From NCBI RefSeq assembly GCF_009914755.1, contig NC_060940.1: a stretch of DNA of 64,000 nt; one strand, 5' to 3'. The translations under genes and the position numbers were made by a program. This DNA comes from the human T2T-CHM13v2.0 reference genome, Homo sapiens. Under the pieces are notes generated by a model. It worked only from the letters and a program-made list of their open reading frames with translations, made no database searches and was not told where the DNA came from. The stretch's first letter is position 1, and each line of letters opens with the position of its first letter. Shown here piece by piece: positions 56,501 to 64,000 of the stretch.

Positions 56501-59500
56501 TTTGATGATTCCATTCGATTCCATTTGATGATGATCCCATTCGAGTCCATTTGATGATTCCACTCGTTTCCATTCCATGATGATTCCATTCCATTCCATT
56601 CAATGATTCCATTCGATTCCGTTTGATGATGATTTCATTCGAGTCGATTTGATGATTCCATTTGATTCCATTCGATGATGATTACATTCGACTCCATACG
56701 ATGATTCCACTCAATTCCATATGATGATGATTCCATTCGATTCCATTCGATGATTCCACTTGATTCCATTTACGATGATTCCATTCTATTCCATGTGATG
56801 ATTCCATTCAGTTCTATTCAATGCTGTTTCCATTTGATTCCATTCGACCATGATTGCCTTTGATTCCATTCAATGACTCCATTCGGTTCCTTTTGATGAT
56901 GATTCCATTCGATTCCATTTCATTATTCCATTTGATTCCATTGGATGAGTCCATTCGATTACATTCGATGATTATTCCATTCGAGTGCATTAGATGATTC
57001 CATTCGAGTCCATTCGATGATTCCATTCGATTCCATTCGATGTTGATTCTGTTCAAATCCATTCGATGATTCCACTCGATTCCATTCGATGACTCCAGTT
57101 GATCCCATTCGATGATTTCCTTTGATTCCCTTTGATGATCATTCCATTTGATTCAATTCGGTGATTTCATTTGATTCCATTCAGTGATGTTTCCATTCGA
57201 CTCCATTCGATGATGATTCCATTCGACTCCATTCGATTATGATTTCATTCAATTCCATTCGATAATGATTCCCTTCGAGTCCATTCGATGATTCCATTCG
57301 ATTCCATTCAACGATGATTTGATTCGTGTCCATTCGATGATTCCATTTGATTCCACTTGATGATGATTCCATTCGAGTCCATTTGATGATTCCATTCAAT
57401 TCCATTCTCCGATGATTTCTTTTGAGCCCATTCAATGCTTCCACTCGATTCCATATGATGATGACCCCATTCGATGAAATTCGATGATGATTCCCTTTGA
57501 TTCCATTCAAAGATGATTCCATTCTAGCCCATTCAATCATTCCATTCGATTCTATTCAATGATGATTCCATTCATGTCGATTTGGTGATTCCATTTGACT
57601 TCATTTGATGATGATTCCTTTCAAGTTCATTAGATGATTCCATTCGATTCCATTTGATGATGATCCCATTGGAGTCCATTCAGTGATTCCATTCGTTTCC
57701 ATTCCATGATGATTCCATTCCATTCCATTCAATGATTCCATTCGATTCCGTTTGATGATGATTTCATTCGAGTCCCTTTGATGATTCCATTGGATTCCAT
57801 TCGATGATGATTCCATTCGAGTCCATTCGATGATTCTATTCGAATCCATTTGATGATTTCTTTTGATTATAGTTGGTGATGATTCCATTGGAGTCCATTC
57901 AATGATTCCATTCGATTCCAATCGATGGTGATTCCATTAGAGTCCATTTAACGATTCCATTTGATTCCAGTCTCTGATGATTACATTCGAGTCCATACGA
58001 TGATTCCACTCAATTCCATATGATGATGATTCCATTCTATTCCATTCGATGATTCCATTCTATTCTATTCAATGGTGATTCCATTCGAGTACATTAGATG
58101 ATTCCATTCGATTCCATTCAATGATGATTCTATTTGTGTCCCTTAGATGGTTCCACATGATTCCATTTCATGATGATACTATTTGAGCCCATCCAATGAT
58201 TCCCTTCGATTCCATTCGATGAGGATTCCATTCGATTCAATTCATTGGTGATTCTATTCAATTCAATTCTTTGATTCCATTCCATTCCATTCGACAATGA
58301 TTCCATTCGATTTCTTTCGATGATTCCCCTCGATTCCACTTGACATTGATTCCATTCGATTCCATTCAATGATTCCGTTTGATTCCAGTGGATGATGATT
58401 GCCGTCGATTCCATTCGATCACTCCATTCTATTCCATTTGATGATGATTACATTCGATTCCATTTGATGATTCCATCTGATTCTATTCGAGGATTCCATT
58501 TGATTCCATTCGATGATGATTCCATTCGAGTGCATTCGATGATTTCATTCGAGTACATCCAATGATTCCATTCGAGTCCATTTGATGATTCCATTTGATT
58601 CCATTTGATTATGATTCTACTAGAGTCCATTCAATGACTCCATTCGAATCCATTCAACAATTCCATTCGAGGCCATTCGATGATTCCATTTCATGATTCC
58701 ATTCGAGTCCATTTAATCATTACAGTCGAGTCCATTTGGTGATTCCACTGGATTTCTTTTGATAATGATACCATTCAATTACATTTGATGATGCTCCCAT
58801 TCAATTTCATTTGATGGTGATTCCATTAGAGTCCATTTGATGATTTCATTCGAGTCCCTTCATTGATTCCATCCGATTTCATTGGATGATGACTCCATTC
58901 GAGTCCATTCGATGATTCCACTCGATTCCATTAAATGATTCCATTGGAGTCCATTTGATTGTTCCATTCGATTCCATTCGATTCCTTTCGAAGATTATTC
59001 CATTTGAGTCCATTCGATGATGATTCCATTCCATTCCATTCGATGATTCCGTTTGATTCCATTCGATGATTCCCTTCGATTCCATTCTTTGATGATTCCA
59101 TTCCATTCCATTCAATGATTCCATTCGAATCTATTCCATGATGATTCCTTTCGATTCCATTCGCTGATGTTTCCGTTCAATTCCATTCGATGATGATTCC
59201 ATTCGATTCCATTCATTGAGGATTCCATTTGATTCCATTCAATGATGATTCCATTCTATTCCATTCAATGATTGCATTCAATTCCATTCAATGATTATCC
59301 CATTAGAGTAAACTCAACGATTCCATTCAATACCATTCGATGATGATTCCTTTTGAGTCCATTCAATGATTTCATTCAAGTCCATTTGATGATTCCTTTC
59401 AATTCCATTCTATGATGATTCCATTCGAGTCCATTCGATGATTCCATTCGATTGCATTCGATGATTCCATTATATTCCATTCAACGATGATTCCATTCGA

Positions 59501-62500
59501 GTCCATTCGATGATTCCATTAGAGTACATTTAATGATTGCTTTGTTTTCAATTCGAAGATGATTACATTCGATTCCATTCTATGATACCATTCGATTCCA
59601 TTCAATGATGATTCCTCTCAAATCCATTGGATGATTCCATTCGTGTCCATTCGGTGATTTCATTAGATTCCATTCGAGGATGATTCCATTCGATTCCATT
59701 CGATGATTCCATTCAATTCCATTCGATGATGATTCCATTCCAGTCCATATGATCATTCCATTTGATTTCATTCGATGATGATTCCATTCGATTCCATTCG
59801 ATGATTCCATTCTATTCCATTCGATGATGATTCCATTCGAGTCCATTCGATGATTCCATTCGAGTCCATTTAATGATTCCATTGGGTTCAATTCAATGAT
59901 GATTACATTGGATTCCGTTCTATGATTCCATTCAATTCCGTTCATTGACTATTTGATTCCATTCGATGATGATTCCATTTGAGTTCATTCGATGATTCTA
60001 TTCGATTCTCTTCGATGGTGATTCAATTCTATTATATTGGATGATTCCATTCGATTCCATTTGATGTTGATTTAATTCGATTCTATTCGATGATGATTCC
60101 ATTGGATTTCACTTGATGATTCTATTCGATTCCATTCAATGATGATTCACTTCTCGTCCATTGGATGATTCCATTTCATTCCATTCGATGATGATTCCAT
60201 TCGATTCCATTCGATGATTCCATTTGATTCCATGCGTCGGTGAGCAATTCGATTCAATTCCATGATGATTCTATTTGATTCAATTAGATGATGTTTCCAT
60301 TCGAATCCATTCCATGATTATTCCATTGGAATCCATTCGGTGATGATTCCATATGAGTCAATTCAATGATGATTCCATATGGGTCCGTTCGATGATAATT
60401 CCATTTGATTTCATTCGGTACTTCTATTCAATTCCAGTCGATGATGATTCCGTTGGAGTCCATACGATGATTCCATTTGATTTCATTTGATGATGATTCC
60501 ATTCGATGATGATTACATTGGATTCCATTCTATGATTCCATTCAATTCCATTCGTTGATGATTCGATTCCATTCAATGATGATTCTATTTGAGTTCATTC
60601 AATGATTCTATTCGATTCCGTTCGATGGTGATTCAATTCTCTTATATTGGATGAATCCACTCGATACCATTTGATGATTATTCCATTGGAGTCCACTTAG
60701 TGAATCCTTCAGATTCTACTCGAAGATGATTCCATTCAAGTCCATTCGATGATACCATTCAATTCCATTCGTTGATGCTTCCATTCAAGTGCATTCGATG
60801 ATATCATTCGATTCCATTTGATGATAATTCCATTTGATTCCATGCGATGATTCTATTCGATTCCATTCAATGATAATTCCATTCAGTTCAGTGATTCCTC
60901 TGGACTCCATTTGATGATGATTCCATTGAATGATTCCATTTGATTCTATTCGAAAATGATTCCATTTGAATCCATTTGATGATGATTCCATTAGATTCCA
61001 TTTGATGATTCCATTCGATTCCATGCGACGATGATTCCATTCGATTCCATTTGATGATTCCATTCTATTCTATTCGATGATGATTCCATTCGATTCCATT
61101 CGATGATGATTGGATTCGATTCCATTTGATGATTTCATTTGATTCCATTCGTTAATGATTTCGATCAATTCCATTCGATGATTCCATTCGATTCCATTCG
61201 ATAATGATTACATCCGTGTCCATTCAATGATTCCATTTGAGCCTGTTCGATAATTCCATTTGTGTCCAACCAATGATTCCATTCATTTCCATTCAATGAT
61301 TCCATTCGAGTCCATTTGATCATTCCGGTAGGGTCCATTCGATGTTGATTCCATTGGAGTGCATTCGATGATTCCATTCGAGTCCATTTTATGATTTGAT
61401 TCGAGTCCTTTCGATGATTCCATTCGATTCCACTCGATGATGATTTCATTCGAGTCCATTCGACACTTCCAATCGATTCCATTTGATGTTTCCATTCGAG
61501 TCCAATTGATGATTCCATTCAATTCCATTCGATGATGATTCCGTACGATTCCATTCTGTGATGATTCCCTGTGATTCCATTCAATGATGATTCCTTTAGA
61601 TTGCATTCGATTGTGATTCATTTCGTCTTCATTCTATGGTTCCACAGGTTTCCATTCGTGTCCATTCCATTATTCCATTCTATTCCATTTGATGATGATT
61701 CCATTCGATTCCATTCATTGGTGATTCCACTCAATTCCATTCAATGATTCCATTCCATTTCTTTCAACAATGATTCCATTAGTTTCTAATCGATGATCCA
61801 CTTGATTCCATTTGACGACGATTCCATTCTTGTCCATTCGATGATTCCATTTGATTCCATATGATGATGATTCCATTCGATTCCATACCATGATGATTCC
61901 ATTCGAGTCCATTCAATGGTGATTCCATTCAATTCCATTCGATGATTCCTTTCGATTCCATTCGATGATGATGGCATTCGATTCCTTTCAATCATTCCCT
62001 TTGATTCCATTCAAAGGTGATTTCATTCAAGTCCATTCGATAATTGCATTCGATTCCATTCTATGATGATTCCATTCGAGTCCATTTGATGATTCCATTC
62101 AATTCAAGTCAATGATGATTCCATTCGATTCCATTCGATGATTCCATTGGATTCCATTCGATGATGATTCCATTCAAATCCATTCGATAATTCAATTCAA
62201 GTCCATTCGATGATGATTAAAATCGAATCCATTCAAAGATTCCATTCAGTTCCATTCGATGATTCCCTTAGATTCCATTCGATGATTCCACTTGATTTCA
62301 TTTACGATGATTCCATTCGATTCCACGTGATGATTCCATTCAATTCTATTCAATGCTGTTTCCATTTGATTCCATTCGACCATGATTGCCTTTGATTCCA
62401 TTCAATGACTCCATTCGGTTCCTTTTGATGATGATTCCGTTCGATTCCATTTGATGATTCCATTTGATTCCATTGGATGAGTCCATTCGATTACATTCGA

Positions 62501-64000
62501 TGATTATTCCATTCGAGTGCATTAGATGATTCCATTCGAGTCCATTCGATGATTCCATTCGATTCCATTCGATGTTGATTCTGTTCAAATCCATTCGATG
62601 ATTCCACTCGATTCCATTCGATGACTCCAGTTGATCCCATTCGATGATTTCCTTTGATTCCCTTTGATGATCATTCCATTTGATTCAATTCGGTGATTTC
62701 ATTTGATTCCATTCAGTGATGTTTCCATTCGACTCCATTCGATGATGATTCCATTCGACTCCATTCGATTATGATTTCATTCAATTCCATTCGATAATGA
62801 TTCCCTTCGAGTCCATTCGATGATTCCATTCGATTCCATTCAACGATGATTTGATTCGTGTCCATTCGATGATTCCATTTGATTCCACTTGATGATGATT
62901 CCATTCGAGTCCATTTGATGATTCCATTCAATTCCATTCTCCGATGATTTCTTTTGAGCCCATTCAATGCTTCCACTCGATTCCATATGATGATGACTCC
63001 ATTCGATGAAATTCGATGATGATTCCCTTTGATTCCATTCAAAGATGATTCCATTCTAGCCCATTCAATCATTCCATTCGATTCTATTCAATGATGATTC
63101 CATTCATGTCGATTTGGTGATTCCATTTGACTTCATTTGATGATGATTCCTTTCAAGTTCATTAGATGATTCCATTCGATTCCATTTGATGATGATCCCA
63201 TTCGAGTCCATTCAGTGATTCCACTCGTTTCCATTCCATGATGATTCCATTCCATTCCATTCAATGATTCCATTCGATTCCGTTTGATGATGATTTCATT
63301 CGAGTCCATTTGATGATTCCATTTGATTCCATTCGATGATGATTCCATTCGAGTCCATTCGATGATTCTATTCGAATCCATTTGATGATTTCTTTTGATT
63401 ATAGTTGGTGATGATTCCATTGGAGTCCATTCAATGATTCCATTCGATTCCAATCGATGGTGATTCCATTAGAGTCCATTTAATGATTCCATTTGATTCC
63501 AGTCTCTGATGATTACATTCGAGTCCATACGATGATTCCACTCAATTCCATATGATGATGATTCCATTCGATTCCATTCGATGATTCCATTCTATTCTAT
63601 TCAATGGTGATTCCATTCGAGTACATTAGATGATTCCATTCGATTCCATTCAATGATGATTCTATTTGTGTCCCTTAGATGATTCCACATGATTCCATTA
63701 GATGATGATACTATTTGAGCCCATCCAATGATTCCCTTCGATTCCATTCGATGAGGATTCCATTCGATTCAATTCATTGGTGATTGTATTCAATTCAATT
63801 CTTTGATTCCATTCCATTCCATTCGACAATGATTCCATTCGATTTCTTTCGATGATTCCACTCGATTCCACTTGACATTGATTCCCTTCGATTCCATTCA
63901 ATGATTCCATTTGATTCCAGTGGATGATGATTGCCATCGATTCCATTCGATCACTCCATTCTATTCCATTTGATGATGATTACATTCGATTCCATTTGAC
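53547..64000 (+). repeat. Rearranged super-repeat copy 4 (partial): truncated A, B/A chimera with 570-bp deletion, then B with the same deletion
   Basis: Marker spacing 53682 to 60785 is 7103. ORFs at 56814/57181/57601 recur at 62346/62713/63133 (period 5532). Confidence 0.85.

Larger units (their letters stand above)
1..64000 (+). repeat. Human satellite 2 (HSat2/HSATII) pericentromeric array, CATTC strand on +
   Basis: Continuous diverged CATTC pentamers arranged as CATTCGATTCCATTCGATGAT(GAT) 23/26-bp units with dense TCGA and GAGTCC variants. This is the established HSat2 signature, as opposed to the simple (CATTC)n of HSat3. The ~6.1-kb monomer is, from recollection, typical of the HSat2B/chr16-type array; the subfamily is not verifiable here. 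Confidence 0.97.

Noticed and set aside
317-63946. Over 150 short minus-strand ORFs with MESNGIIEWNR-like repeats (up to 164 aa)
   Set aside because: They are direct translations of GAATGGAATCATCATC satellite, which is ATG-rich and stop-poor. They overlap in several frames, open and close with random SNPs and indels between copies, and show no recognisable domain.
1-64000. CRISPR-like repeat/spacer appearance of 23-26-bp units
   Set aside because: There are no unique spacers, no constant repeat, no leader and no cas genes; everything is degenerate CATTC satellite.
1-64000. HSat3, alpha satellite or telomeric repeat assignment
   Set aside because: There are no long pure (CATTC)n runs, no 171-bp monomer or CENP-B box seen, and no TTAGGG arrays. 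The isolated TTAGGG at ~317, 16412, 32543 and 53151 is a single variant.
1-64000. A novel protein- or RNA-encoding biological system
   Set aside because: No non-satellite sequence was found on either strand, so such a claim is unsupported.

Overview
The whole 64 kb window is one uninterrupted, single-orientation array of classical human satellite 2 (HSat2/HSATII). The + strand is the pyrimidine-rich CATTC strand, built from diverged 23/26-bp units such as GATGATTCCATTCGA(G/T)TCCATTC. I found no genes, RNA genes, transposons, CRISPR array or inversion; the ORF-track peptides (MESNGIIEWNR...) are translation artefacts of the GAATG strand. The real information is the nested repeat structure, which I read from ORF-marker spacing and diagnostic variants. 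A ~6.1-kb monomer family has three versions: A (~5.85 kb), B (6112 bp) and C (4130 bp, carrying a distinct ~1.83-kb segment). These form a ~16.1-kb A-B-C super-repeat (713-16807, 16808-32938). The third copy (32939-53546) has a 650-bp deletion and a young 6 x 2255-bp chimeric tandem expansion in place of B. The fourth copy (53547-end) is rearranged and starts a new 5532-bp period marked by a shared 570-bp deletion. I do not see a new gene-encoded biological system here; the findings concern satellite evolution and a candidate DUX4-type motif.
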